DNA of 64,000 bases from the NCBI RefSeq assembly GCF_006345805.1, contig NC_042999.1:54188001-54252000 (forward strand), in the 5' to 3' direction. The notes beneath the pieces were generated by a model. The model was not told the origin of the DNA and did not search any database. It saw only the letters and a list, made by a program, of their open reading frames with translations. The DNA is from Octopus sinensis (taxonomy: Eukaryota). Shown here in pieces: positions 12,941 through 26,246 of the stretch; the stretch's first letter is position 1; each line of letters begins with the position of its first letter. A program made the translations under genes and the position numbers.

Positions 12941-14463
12941 TGCTAGCTTATATATGCTTGTAAACAATACGTCTCTATATATGTTTGTCTAACATCGACC
13001 TGTCTTAGAAGTTCAGGCTATTTTTTCATAAGCTGGCTGTTAGTATTTCTCATTGACTAAACATTCACAATCTGCTATATTAAACCTCAGTTGCACGCAT
13101 TTAACAAAATTTTATTTTATATGTCAACGACATGCTTCAGTGACCATGTGATATTCTATTCATTTGGAAAAAAAAACACTTTCTCTCTCTCCTACGAAGG
13201 GACAACTTTAGAATGTCCTTTGCCTCTTATCTTTATGATACATCATTTTATTCTAACTCCCCAAATTAATGTGCAATAGAATGTAAGTGTCCACTAGCCC
13301 ACGCGCTTTCGTAGATACAGTAGAGGCTATGTAAAACTAGTGTTTGTGTGTATAACACAGCACTTGCTCTCGACATAGCTGGAAAACTAGGACAGTAACT
13401 TCTTGACATTTTAAGAAAGAGAAATAAAACTGCTGCGGTCAACGGTGATCTTTCAAAGGAGACAATAATTGTGAACGGGTTGCTCAGAGAACACTTTTAA
13501 AGTTGTTGCTGTCTGCGATATTTCCCTTAAACAGTTATACCCAGTTATACCAACATCCTCTGTCACTAGTTATGTTCCTATATCAAAGACAAACCAGAAT
13601 GTTAAAATCTCCACAAATATCACAATGCACTGTACATGTGCGCTGAACAAAACGTGGAATTTAAGGCTGGAAGATTTCAGGCATTGAGTATTGCCACCCT
13701 AATGTCATAATCGATGTGTGATCCAGTGATTTAAGTTCTTACTTATATCTTTGGTCATAATCGTGCTTTAAGATAGCGACAATATCCAGACGCTTAGCAG
13801 AATAAATTTTAATTTCATTTAGAAGAATACAAGCAATCTGATATGCATTAGTTTTTATGGCCGCCTAGATTATGAGTGGTCACCACACAGGGTTAAGAGC
13901 TGGAGTTTACAAGGTTATTTCACCAAGAACATTGTTCGCATGCAGCAGATGAGGTATCGGAAGAGGTTTTGTCTGGAACAACCATAATTCGATATCCGAG
14001 GTGAAGATTGGAATATCTTGGAAAGAGTATCGCTGAATGTTAACGATGGAAGCTATACCAATTCTCGAAATAGGCGTTGCTGCCTCAATCCCGAAGTCCC
14101 ACGTTCCCCATGTAGATTAAGGAGCAGACAGTGCGAGACTTACAGGATCTCAAGTTTCGCAGTTTTTCAATATCTCTCCAAAAAAAAAAATAATAAACCT
14201 GAAAGATCTACAAGGAATATATTCTAACAGGTTCGAACGTAAAGTTTGGACTTCTATTGCTCTAATCCAAGACAAACCTTTGTCACAACAAGAAATGATA
14301 CGAAAGTAGGAACACCAAACGCATCTATTCATGAGAGAAGTGACGGCAGAAAGTGGGTGGTGGCAACGTCGATCGCGATGCTGCGAAAACAAAAGCGTAC
14401 AATACACACAGCAACAACGGATATCAATCAAACATAAACCAGAGTTGGATGTGTGTGTGTGTG

Positions 14464-14494
<31 letters not shown>

Positions 14495-14495
14495 C

Positions 14496-14535
<40 letters not shown>

Positions 14536-14614
14536 GCATACATACATATATATATATACATACATACATACATACATACATACATACATACATACATACA
14601 TACATACATACATA

Positions 14615-15000
14615 CATTATTATGGCTGGTCCCTCGTTATCGAGTATGGCCATTGCACGAAGCTTAACTGTTACTGGTGCTGTGATCGAATGTGACTTTT
14701 TAGCCCAGCTAAGGATCTACAATGTCTTGTACAGAATTGGCAGCTAATACCTTTACCGGTAATAGCCGGCTGTAATTGTAACTGGGCTTTGCATGTCGTT
14801 TAGGTCCTCCTGCCGAATTACACTCTCTTCAACATGCCTGACAGATATGATTAGTATGGTGTGTTACACCACCACCAGTGGCCAGGTTGTCACTCATCTA
14901 TCTCGCTTTATGGCTACGAAAATGACTCTTGAGTCCAGCTTTACTGAGGCAGGGTCTTGCACAGACACTGCATGTCAGAATCAAAGGAAGACTCTTCCCT
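14615..15000 (-). mobile_element. RTE-clade LINE 3' end
   Basis: Minus strand encodes ...LTCSVCARPCLSKAGLKSHFRSHKAR* (C-terminal C2H2-type finger of RTE ORFs) followed by a 3' UTR; UTR copy at 38313-38492; flanked on both sides by (TACA)n. Confidence 0.7.
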
Positions 15001-15400
15001 CACATACATACATACATACATACATACACTGTAAGGAATCTCACTCCAGCTTGAGCGCCTTTACTACGAAACAACTTTGGCAGCAAGGATCTTTCTGAAA
15101 AATTAAAACAGTTGCTTACTCCCGTGATGTAAATCGACCCCACCCCCCACCCAAATAGTGAGAACTGACCAAAACTTGCCCGAAAACACAATTAAAATAG
15201 TCTTAACAAAACACTGTCGCCATCACTGAATTCTTGTCTCATCCATCAAACCATACATGCATACACACCCACACACACACATAATTGTCCATCCATTTTC
15301 TCCACGCACAATTCCTAGTGTGAGAGCTGCTGGAGTAGAGTCCTCAGGCACCTCCCCGCCATGGGATCCAATCAGAAATAACTGTCGTTATACTCTCCGG

Positions 15401-15451
<51 letters not shown>

Positions 15452-15460
<9 letters not shown>

Positions 15461-15572
15461 ATCACGTGACCGACCAGACCATCAGATGTTGTTACACATC
15501 GCTGGTCACAATGCGTTCACATTGTTTTAGCCTTCGAATGACGCCACCCCGCTGGCTAAGCGAGCAGGCCAA
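15452..15572 (-). mobile_element. SINE family C, 3' fragment
   Basis: Closely similar to 2356-2470. Confidence 0.8.
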
Positions 15573-16434
15573 TATATATATAGAGAGATATATACATACA
15601 TACATACATACATACATACATACATACATACATACACACATACATACATACGTAGACATCGCGATATGGTTGAATCTTTAAGAAGTTCGCTTTGCAAACG
15701 CTACCTCCTGAGTTTTGTTCCCTCTGTGTGGTATCTTAGGCAAGTGTCACTAGCCATGGCCATCCAGTCGACTGACCCATACACCGATAATGGAACTGGT
15801 TCGACGGTGATTGTGTACAGTCACATCTGATGGAATGTACCAGTAATTCACACACACATATATAGCTGTACATTCCCATCCACTCATGGTGGTGATGATG
15901 GTGGTGATAGTGGTGGAGTGTCGGCGGTGGGAGCAATGAATAAAACACGAGTGCCACACAAGTCAATAGTCTGTGATCACTTGATTAAATATACATATCA
16001 TTATTAGAGATGGCATCGATATGGTAAATATATAAAGATTGACATATCGAGAGAAAGAAAGAGAGAGAGAGAGATCGTTGTGGGAATACATATTAGTGGT
16101 GTTGAGGAATGCTGGTGGATGCTGGTGGATGCTGGTTGATCGTGGGTGGTGGTGGTGGTGGGCAGACAAATGTTTATTGACTGTATAAGTACATTTAAAT
16201 CAATTCAATTCCCACGAGCTTTGTGGGATGAAATCTGAGTACGTTACATCATACACACACACTCACACGTACACACACTCACACAATCACGTATAAACAC
16301 ACACACACATACATGTATGCATATATATATATATATATGCATCTATGATAGGCACCGATCTATAGATACAGACCTTAACATTAATGCTTCCATCAGCTAC
16401 AGATAAACGCTGGTGATACGTCATTGCTAAATAA

Positions 16435-18835
16435 GTGTGTGTGTGTGTGTGCGTGGGCGTGTGTACGTGAGAGTGGGGGCGGCGCATGTGTACGTGCGTG
16501 AGTACGTGTGTGTGTACGTGTGTGTGTACGTGTGTGTGTTTGTATGTGTGTGTGTACGTGCGCATGCATACTGTTTTAGTGTGTGTGTGTGTGTGTGTGT
16601 GTGTTCGTGTGAGTGCGAACCTGACAGTATGTACATGTGTGTGTGTGGATGCATGTGTACGTGTGTGTGTGTACTTAGGAGTGTGTGTGCGTGTGATTGT
16701 GCGCACGTGTACGTGTGTGTGTATGTGTGTGTTTGTATGTGTGTGTGTACGTGCGCATGCATACTGTTTTAGTGTGTGTGTGTGTGTGTGCGTTCGTGTG
16801 AGTGCGAACGTGACGGTATGTACACGTGTGTGTGTGTGGATGCATGTGTACGTGTGTGTGTGTACTTAGGAGTGTGTATGCGTGTGATTGTGCGCACGTG
16901 TACGTGTGTGTGTACGTATGTGTGTGTGTGTATGTGTGTATGTATGTGTGTGTGTACGTGCTCATGCATACTGTTTTAGTGTATGTGTGTGTTCGTGTGA
17001 GTGAGAATGTGACAGTGTGTACATGTATGCGTGTGTGTACATGCATGTGTACGTGTGTGTGTGTACTTAGGAGTGTGTATGCGTGTGATTGTGCGCACGT
17101 GTACGTGTGTGTGTACGTATGTGTGTGTGTATGTGTGTATGTATGTGTGTGTGTACGTGCTCATGCATACTGTTTTAGTGTATGTGTGTGTTCGTGTGAG
17201 TGAGAATGTGACAGTGTGTACATGTATGCGTGTGTGTACATGCATGTGTACGTGTGTGTGTGTACTTAGGAGTGTGTATGCGTGTGATTGTGCGCACGTG
17301 TACGTGTGTGTGTACGTATGTGTGTGTGTGTATGTGTGTATGTATGTGTGTGTGTACGTGCTCATGCATACTGTTTTAGTGTATGTGTGTGTTCGTGTGA
17401 GTGAGAATGTGACAGTGTGTACATGTATGCGTGTGTGTACATGCATGTGTACGTGTGTGTGTGTACGTAGGTGTGTGTATGTGTGTGATTGAGCTCACGT
17501 GTACTGTGTGCGTACGTGGGAGTGTGTACGTGTGTGTGTGTGCATGTGCACGTATGAGTGTATACGTGAAAATGTGCGTGTGTGTTTGTGTACGCGTGTG
17601 TGTGTATGTGTGTGTGTGTGTGTGTGTGCGTACGTGCGCATGTATACGTGTGAGTGCGTACGTGGGAGTGTGTATGTGAGTGTGTGTATGCATGTGCACA
17701 TATGAGTGTGTGCGTGAGTGTGATTATGTTTTGCGTGTGTGTGTGTGTGGTGTGTGTGTGTGTTCGTGTGAGTGCGAACGTGACGGTATGTACACGTGTG
17801 TGTGTGTGGATGCATGTGTACGTGTGTGTGTGTACTTAGGAGTGTGTATGCGTGTGATTGTGCGCACGTGTACGTGTGTGTGTACGTATGTGTGTGTGTG
17901 TATGTGTGTATGTATGTGGTGTGTGTACGTGCTCATGCATACTGTTTTAGTGTATGTGTGTGTTCGTGTGAGTGAGAATGTGACAGTGTGTACATGTATG
18001 CGTGTGTGTACATGCATGTGTACGTGTGTGTGTGTACTTAGGAGTGTGTATGCGTGTGATTGTGCGCACGTGTACGTGTGTGTGTACGTATGTGTGTGTG
18101 TGTGTTGTGTGTGTGTGTGTGTGTGTGTACGTGCTCATGCATACTGTTTTAGTGTATGTGTGTGTTCGTGTGAGTGAGAATGTGACAGTGTGTACATGTA
18201 TGCGTGTGTGTACATGCATGTGTACGTGTGTGTGTACGTGTGTGTGTGTACTTAGGAGTGTGTATGCGTGTGATTGTGCGCACGTGTACGTGTGTGTGTA
18301 CGTGTGTGTGTACGTATGTGTGTGTGTGTATGTGTGTATGTATGTGTGTGTGTGTACGTGCTCATGCATACTGTTTTAGTGTGTGTGTGTGTGTTCGTGT
18401 GAGTGAGAATGTGACAGTGTGTACATGTATGCGTGTGTGTACATGCATGTGTACGTGTGTGTGTGTGTACGTAGGTGTGTGTATGTGTGTGATTGAGCTC
18501 ACGTGTACTGTGTGCGTACGTGGGAGTGTGTACGTGTGTGTGTACGTGTGTGTGTGTGCATGTGCACGTATGAGTGTATACGTGAAAATGTGCGTGTGTG
18601 TTTGTGTACGCGTGTGTGTGTATGTGTGTGTGTGTGTGTGTGTGTGCGTACGTGCGCATGTATACGTGTGAGTGCGTACGTGGGAGTGTGTACGTGTGTG
18701 TGTGTACGTGTGTGTGTGTGGATGCATTGTACGTGTGTGTGTGTACGTGTGTGTGTTTGTATGTGTGTGTGTGTGTGTGGTGTGTGTGTTTGCGCATGTA
18801 TGCATGTGTGTGCGCATGCGTGCGTCTGCGTGCGT
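16435..18835. repeat. ~200-bp GT-based satellite with ~1-kb higher-order duplication
   Basis: Anchor GCATACTGTTTTAGTG at ~16566, 16759, 16966, 17165, 17366, 17937, 18140, 18366; variant block GATTGAGCTCACGTGTACTG at ~17487 and ~18491. Confidence 0.9.
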
Positions 18836-18921
18836 GACGAGAAATGATAACCTTCACATTCGGATATTGATTTGCCAATGTCAGTCCGTCCTTGACCGAA
18901 CATCGATACAAACGGCACCGT

Positions 18922-18969
18922 CAGCAACAGCAGCAGCACCTCAGCAACAGCAGCAACAGTAGAAACGGC

Positions 18970-19045
<76 letters not shown>

Positions 19046-19098
19046 ATGGCGATGGTGGTGATGGTGGTGGTGGTGGTGGTTGTAGTTGTAGCAGCAGC

Positions 19099-19139
<41 letters not shown>

Positions 19140-19244
19140 CAGCAGTAGCAGTGGTGGTAGTAGTAGTAGTGGTGGTGGTGGTGCTGATGCTGGTGCTGTT
19201 GCTGGTGATGTTGTTATTGTTATTGTTGTTGTTGTTGTTTTTTT

Positions 19245-19291
<47 letters not shown>

Positions 19292-19345
19292 GGTGGTGGT
19301 GGTGGTGGTGGTGGTGGTGGTGGTGGCTGCCACAATAGCAGCAGC
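18922..19345. repeat. Compound trinucleotide array (CAG/TAG/TGG/TTG)
   Basis: Direct sequence; source of the poly-T/P/N/S ORFs. Confidence 0.95.
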
Positions 19346-20547
19346 AACAATATTATTATTAGAAACGACAGACAGACAGAACAGAACAACAGCAGTTGGC
19401 CACCGATAGCAGCTGCACCTGAAACAGCAGCAACAGCAGCATCAGCAACTTGTAGGTGTTGCTATGGTTACGGTTAGTTCTATAAATGGCCTTCACGAAG
19501 GTCATCGGCCTGACAGACACACACATCGACTGATTCACTACCGCCACCACCTGAAGCACCTTCACCATCCTCATCATCTACCGCCACCGTAACTGTACAC
19601 CACCACCACCACCATCACAATCATCGCCATCGCCAACGACACCACCACCATCACTATTGCCAACACCACAAACAGCAGCACCAACACCACCATCACCACC
19701 ATTACAGCAACCATCATCACTACGACCATCACCAATAAACATTGCCTCACACACACACATTCGACCTTCACCTCACAGCTATCGCCATAACTCAGCGACC
19801 GACAAATTGACAAGCGCCGGCCACTCCTCCCGTACCCACCCCCACCGAATATTCGTTTAAAATTTGTTATCACCCCTTTTCTCCCCTTCTCATTATTAAT
19901 TAGGAGACGTAATATTTGTCTTTTCGACAACCATGTTAATTACTCTTTGTCCGCTGTAGGGGGTAGTAGCGGCGGCGACGGCGGTGGTGGTGGCGGTGGC
20001 GGCGGTGGTGGTGATGGTGGCGGTGATGATGGTGGTGGTGAGCAAGTTTTAAAAACTTTAGATAAAGCAGTTTGTACGCCACCACCGCCCTTTTCAATTT
20101 CATTGCCCCACCCCCCTTCACCTGAGAAACACAGCCGTAGCTGACACTTTTACCACACATCCCTATCATCATCATCATCATCATCATTGTACTAATCATA
20201 TTTGTCTCGTATATGGCCATGTCTACCTGGACCAAACACAGTAGATTAATGTTCGTATGTTAATGTTTATGATTAAGTCTACCGAGATCTGATACAGAGT
20301 CCTATGTCCATGTGTTAGTGTATACGTCTATGTCCACCTGTCTATGTTGGCCCTCGTATGGCCCCCGTCAAGCTAGGCTAGATACAGTAGGTGTCTGTTC
20401 CGTGCCATCCTGTTTTATTCCATAAACCTATGTGTTATTCGAAGCACAATGGCTTGCGTAATCGAGAACAAGAGAGAGAGAAACATGATTGTGGCGATGC
20501 AGGGTGAAGGATTCGGCTGTTATTTCCGGTTGACAGGATGCTGGCTC

Positions 20548-20707
20548 AGACAGACATGACAAACAGACAGACAGGCCGAGAGACAGACAGAGACAGAGAG
20601 ACAGACTGACTGACAGACAGACTGACAGATAGACCGACAGATGGACAGATAGAAGGGACAGATAAATAGATAGACAGACAGATAGAGAGACAGACAGATA
20701 GACAGAC

Positions 20708-20782
<75 letters not shown>

Positions 20783-20835
20783 CATACAGATAGATAGAGA
20801 GGCAGGCAGGTAGATAGATAAGGTAGAGAGATAGA
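20548..20835. repeat. (AGAC)n/(AGAT)n tetranucleotide array
   Basis: Direct sequence. Confidence 0.95.
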
Positions 20836-20942
20836 CAGCCATCGTGAATACATAATATAAAACGTAATGCATATAAGATGTATTTAATGCAACTGATGTA
20901 GGCATATATGTGAAGTATGTATGAATATAGAACATGCATGTG

Positions 20943-21019
<77 letters not shown>

Positions 21020-21029
21020 GTATATGTAG

Positions 21030-21078
<49 letters not shown>

Positions 21079-21985
21079 ATGTATTATGTTCTATGTATGT
21101 ATAACAAACGTATGTATACATTGTGTTGTGGGTATATAAAGAGGAAAAAATAGTAACAGGTGCTGGAGTGTGACGTAAGAATCAGAACATCTTTCGAAAG
21201 CATGAATGAAGGTCTATACCACTTTCAGCAACATAGCTGAAGGGGGGAAAGGAGACAGGGAATGAGGGAGAGAAAGAAACATGTAGACAGACAGATCGAC
21301 AGAGTGAGAGGGGAGAATGGAAGAGAGTGAGAGACAGGGAAAGTGAGTGGCTCCATCGGAAGTAGTCGAAACTATAAAGACTAGTCGCCAGCTAATGATG
21401 GGTATGTTCCACAATGGCAGGTCTATGTTTGTATGTATATATATATATATATGTATGTATACGTGCATACATACATACATACATACATTCACACACCTGT
21501 ATATTTTTATTATAAAAGTTTCTGTAGGTATATCTATATGTTTAAGTGCGTGTTGTGTGTGTACGTGTTGCGTATATGTGTGCATTGGTGTAAAAATAGC
21601 TTCGACAAGTTCTTTTAGTCATGCTTTGCTTCAAATGTAAATGATGTAAATGTAGTCTTTGGCAAATACAAAGGGGTCTCAGACAAGTCAGTGAGTTTAG
21701 CAGCAAAGAGTTTCCGTCTGTAAAACAAGAATACGCCAGTGCAATGGAATGGTGAGTATGTATGTGTGCGTGTGTGTGTGTATGTGCGCGTGTGTGTGTA
21801 TGTTTGCGTATATATATATATATATATATATACATATGCACACGTGTATGCTTGCATGTATATATATGTGGATATATGTATGTGTGTATGGGTTACCATA
21901 CATCGGTCAATCCTTCACACACTTAAATTACGCTTTCGTAGTGTTTACATGTGTAGCGGTATGTGTATGTGTGTATAAGCCTAAG

Positions 21986-22067
<82 letters not shown>

Positions 22068-22119
22068 GAAAGAGAGAGAGAGATACATACACACAGGCAT
22101 ATGAATACATACATACATA

Positions 22120-22632
22120 TCTATATATATAAAACTGTAGTTGTGTGAGTGTCTGTCCCCTTCGATTTAGATTCCTAACTACTCCCACATTTTGCGGTGC
22201 AGTTTAACCAAATTTGGGTATCTTATAGTCGTGATTCATATCGAGCCCGTCTGAGTATCAGCGCGTGTCTACGATGAGTCTACGATTTTAAAAATAATTT
22301 AACATCATTTTTTATTCCATTTTAATGCATAATTTTTCGTGTGTCGATGGCGGCGGAGTTGGCGTCCATGGTCACACCTGCACCTGTTTGCTTCTCCCCC
22401 TTCTTCCCTCCCTCGTGAAGCTGTGGGGAAGGGAGTGTAAGGAAATCAACGTCGTAAAGCGTTGTCAAGGAGACCAGCGTTCTTTTAGAACAACGACTTC
22501 ATGGCTTGAAGACACCAAAACAGAAATGGCTAAGAAAGCCCGAATTGGCATCTATAAGGGAAGCAACTCTCTAAAAATGCTTATATAGTTATTTCCCTTA
22601 CAAACCCGAGCAACGCCGGGCGATACTGCTAG
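22120..22632 (+). mobile_element. Non-autonomous Helitron, longer variant
   Basis: A|TCTATATATATAAAA 5' end; CCCGAGCAACGCCGGG hairpin then CTAG|T 3' end; matches 7985-8278 plus an extra ~215-bp internal segment. Confidence 0.8.
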
Positions 22633-23350
22633 TATATATATAAATGTAGAGAGGGCTAGGGTTAGGGCTTATGGGATTAGCCAACAGGTTTTGGAATCTG
22701 ATGATACGCCATAAAGCCGAGCCCTTTATGGACGGCAACCCTAAGGTAATTCCACACACCGGCTTTATCTAACTTTAATATAGACTGTTCTATATCATAG
22801 AGTATGCTTCTTTTTTCGGTTTTGCTTACGGACCACACACACACACACAAACACATATATATGTTTATATATATATATATTCACATGTAATATATATATG
22901 TGTGTGTATCTATGTATATATAGACGTGTGTGCGTGTGTATTTACGTCTGTTTGTATGTGGTGAGGTGCGTGTGTGCGTGTGAGGTACACAGTAGAAACA
23001 AATCATATTTCTTTTGAGAAGTTTGTGTCTGTGATGAAGAGGTCAGCACTTCGATCTCACCACGTGATTGGCTGATCCAATGTGTTTTGTGAAAGCCACT
23101 CATCGATCGAAGCCTTCCAAATGAAATTGCTCGAACAGAAATGGTGTGGATTGGATTACATCTGTTCATAAATACTCACAGAATATTCCACCAATATTTC
23201 CTGATATTATTTTCTCCGAAAGTCTCTTTCTTCAGCCACCACATTATTCTCTCTTTCTCTCTCTATCTCTTTCTCTCTCTTTCTCTTTCTCCTTCTTTCT
23301 CTTTCTCTTTCTCTCTCTTTCTATGTGTGTGTGTGTATAATTATTATTAA

Positions 23351-23669
23351 CTAGCACTATGACCCGGCAACGCGAGTACTGTCCAAATCTCCGACCAATC
23401 ACATACAGCTAGCTGGCATTCAATTGGCATATCAAGTTTCGAGCATTTTGATTGGGTTTTGGATAGAAAATTCACAAAAAAGTCACTTCTATTGATTTTT
23501 TTAATGGCTTTGCGGGTGACTGGGGAACTGTAAAGATGTGCACGACCACCCTTAGGCGGTTTTGAATGACCATAGAAAGTGCGAGCCCTCTAACTGAAAA
23601 ATTGTGAATTTGTATAAAGGGCACACACACACACACAGAGAGACATTTTGCCGTTTATATAGAGAGAGA
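23351..23669 (-). mobile_element. Non-autonomous Helitron, second family
   Basis: A|CTAG with an adjacent degenerate hairpin GACCCGGCAACGCGAGT at the left; minus strand begins TCTCTCTCTATATAAACGGCAAAATGTCTCTCTGTGTGTG. Confidence 0.65.
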
Positions 23670-23754
23670 TGTTTATATATATGTCTTGTGAGTGGATTTG
23701 AAAGACAGAAACTGAAAGAAGCCTGTCATATATATATATATATATATACATATA

Positions 23755-23917
23755 TACGACAGGCTTCTTTCAGTTTCTGTCTTTCAAATCCACTCACAAG
23801 GCATTGGTCGGCCCGGGGCTATAGTAGAAGACACTTGCCCAAGATGCCACGCAGTGGAACTGAACCCGGAACCATGTGGTTGGTAAGCAAGCTATTTACC
23901 ACACAGCCACTCCTGCG
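23755..23917 (-). mobile_element. tRNA-derived SINE family A (CORE-SINE-like), 5' half
   Basis: Minus strand GGCGCAGGAGTGGCTGTGTGGTAA (A box)...GGTTCAGTTCC (B box)...CTTGGGCAAGTG (CORE-like motif). Confidence 0.8.
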
Positions 23918-24332
23918 CCGATGTGTATATTATTATTAATATTTAGCAGAAGCAACAAAGTTACTCTAAGTCCGATCGTTTCGTGCATTGGCACTTACGA
24001 TAAGTGCCAACCCACGAAACGCTCGGACCTCGAGTCACTCTCGTGCGCTGGAACTTATCAAACTTTGGTAAGTTCCAACACAAGAAACTCTCGGATCTTG
24101 CAGTAATAAATGCTGTGTATATATATTCCGTGGAGTGGATATCCGTCTAATATTTGGCTCTTGCTGACTGATTGCACAGCATTGTAAGAAGAATAATGAA
24201 GGCGGGAAAGAGCGGGGGATTGGAAGAGATAGAGAGAACTGGGCTAAGGAACGTTTTCATCATGATGGTCCTCATCAACATTGTCACCATCACTACCACC
24301 ACCACCACCACCACCACCGCCACCACCAGTAC

Positions 24333-24379
<47 letters not shown>

Positions 24380-24604
24380 ACATCAAATCATCATCTACAC
24401 CATTAATGGGACCCTTATTGTCCTTATTCTAATTATCATTCAGATATCTGCCATCACCAGATAATGTCTCCAGATGTGAAAGATGCGAGAGATGGTTGTG
24501 TGGGGGGGATACGGAAGTCGTTTGCATAGGGATGGCTTTGAGCCAGACGTTAAAAAAGATGTGATAAAAAGATACAACTTATTGCTGTTTATTTAGCCCT
24601 AGGA

Positions 24605-24660
24605 CAACCAATGCCTTGTGAGTGGATTTGAAAGACAGAAACTGAAAGAAGCCTGTCGTA

Positions 24661-24728
<68 letters not shown>

Positions 24729-24765
24729 TTGTGAGTGATTTGAAGACGGAAACTGAAAGAGCCTG

Positions 24766-24824
<59 letters not shown>

Positions 24825-25046
24825 TTGTGAGTGGATTTGAAAGACAGAAACTGAAAGAAGCCCATATATATATTATATATATATATATATATACATATAT
24901 GCGTGGCATCTTGCGCAAGTGTCTTCTACTACAGCCCCGGGCCGACCAATGCCTTGTGAGTGGATTTAATTAAACGACCGATGCTGTGTGTTTACGTCCC
25001 CGTCACTAACGGTTCAGCAAAAGAGACCGATTGAATAAGTACTGGG
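24605..25046 (+). mobile_element. Tandemly re-duplicated SINE family A segments separated by (AT)n
   Basis: GCCTTGTGAGTGGATTTGAAAGACAGAAACTGAAAGAAGCC three times, plus a fourth partial copy at 24903-24967. Confidence 0.75.
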
Positions 25047-25146
25047 NNNNNNNNNNNNNNNNNNNNNNNNNNNNNNNNNNNNNNNNNNNNNNNNNNNNNN
25101 NNNNNNNNNNNNNNNNNNNNNNNNNNNNNNNNNNNNNNNNNNNNNN
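25047..25146. other. Assembly gap (100 N)
   Basis: Run of 100 N. Confidence 1.
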
Positions 25147-25425
25147 ATGTGTGTGTGTATGTGTGTGTGTGTGTGTGTGTGCGTGCGTGTGTTTGTGTGT
25201 GTGTGTTTGTGTGTTTGTGTGTCTGTGTTTGCCACCCCCCCCCCGAATCGCTTGACAACTGATGCTGGTGTGTTTACGCCCCCGTAACTTAGCGGTTCGG
25301 CAAAAGAAACCGATCGAATAAGTACTAAGCTTACAAAGAATAAGTCCTGGGGTCGATTTACTCGACTAAAACTGGTACTCCAGCATAGCCACAGCCAATC
25401 GACTGAACCAAAAGAAAGAATAAAA

Positions 25426-25428
<3 letters not shown>
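25147..25428 (+). mobile_element. SINE family A, 3' half
   Basis: CGCTTGACAAC..GTAACTTAGCGGTTCGGCAAAAG..CCTGGGGTCGAT..CTCCAGCATAGCCACAG tail. Confidence 0.8.
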
Positions 25429-25478
<50 letters not shown>

Positions 25479-25783
25479 AGGGAGAGAGAGAAAGATGGAT
25501 GATGGATGGATGGATAGATGGATAGACAGACAGACAGACAGACAGACAGTCAGACAGACAGACAGACAGACAGAGAGGAGAGCGAGAGAGAGTTGTGGCT
25601 GTTAGAACTTGGAATATCTTTAAGATGGCGGCATCTGCAAGTTTGTTTGCTTTCAATGGTGTTTTCATAATAATGGCTGTGTATAAATTAAAAGTGGGAA
25701 TTCAAGAGTCCCTTATTTCAACATAATCACAACTCCCTCTCCACGCTTTCTCTTCTATGTTGTATGCAGTATGAATGTTTCTG

Positions 25784-25814
<31 letters not shown>

Positions 25815-25848
25815 TGTGTGTCTGTCTGTCTGTCTGTGTGTGTGTGTC

Positions 25849-25897
<49 letters not shown>

Positions 25898-26212
25898 CTT
25901 TGATGCCGCCTGAGTCTGTGTAAATGTGTGTATATGTGTGTATGTGTACAAGTTGCTGACTTTATATGTATCTGTTTATATCTACGTTTCTATATCTGGA
26001 TGACGGCTGCCTGTTTTACGTTTCTACTTATCTGTTTTATTATCTTTTTTTTTAGTTTTTTTCCATCTTTAAATAGATTTCTCAGTCTATTAGTTTCTGT
26101 ATGTATTTGTATGTCTACGTGTATAGTTGCGTGTATTCATATACATTATACATACGTACATACATACGTACATACGTACATACATACATACGTACATACA
26201 TACATACATACA

Positions 26213-26246
<34 letters not shown>

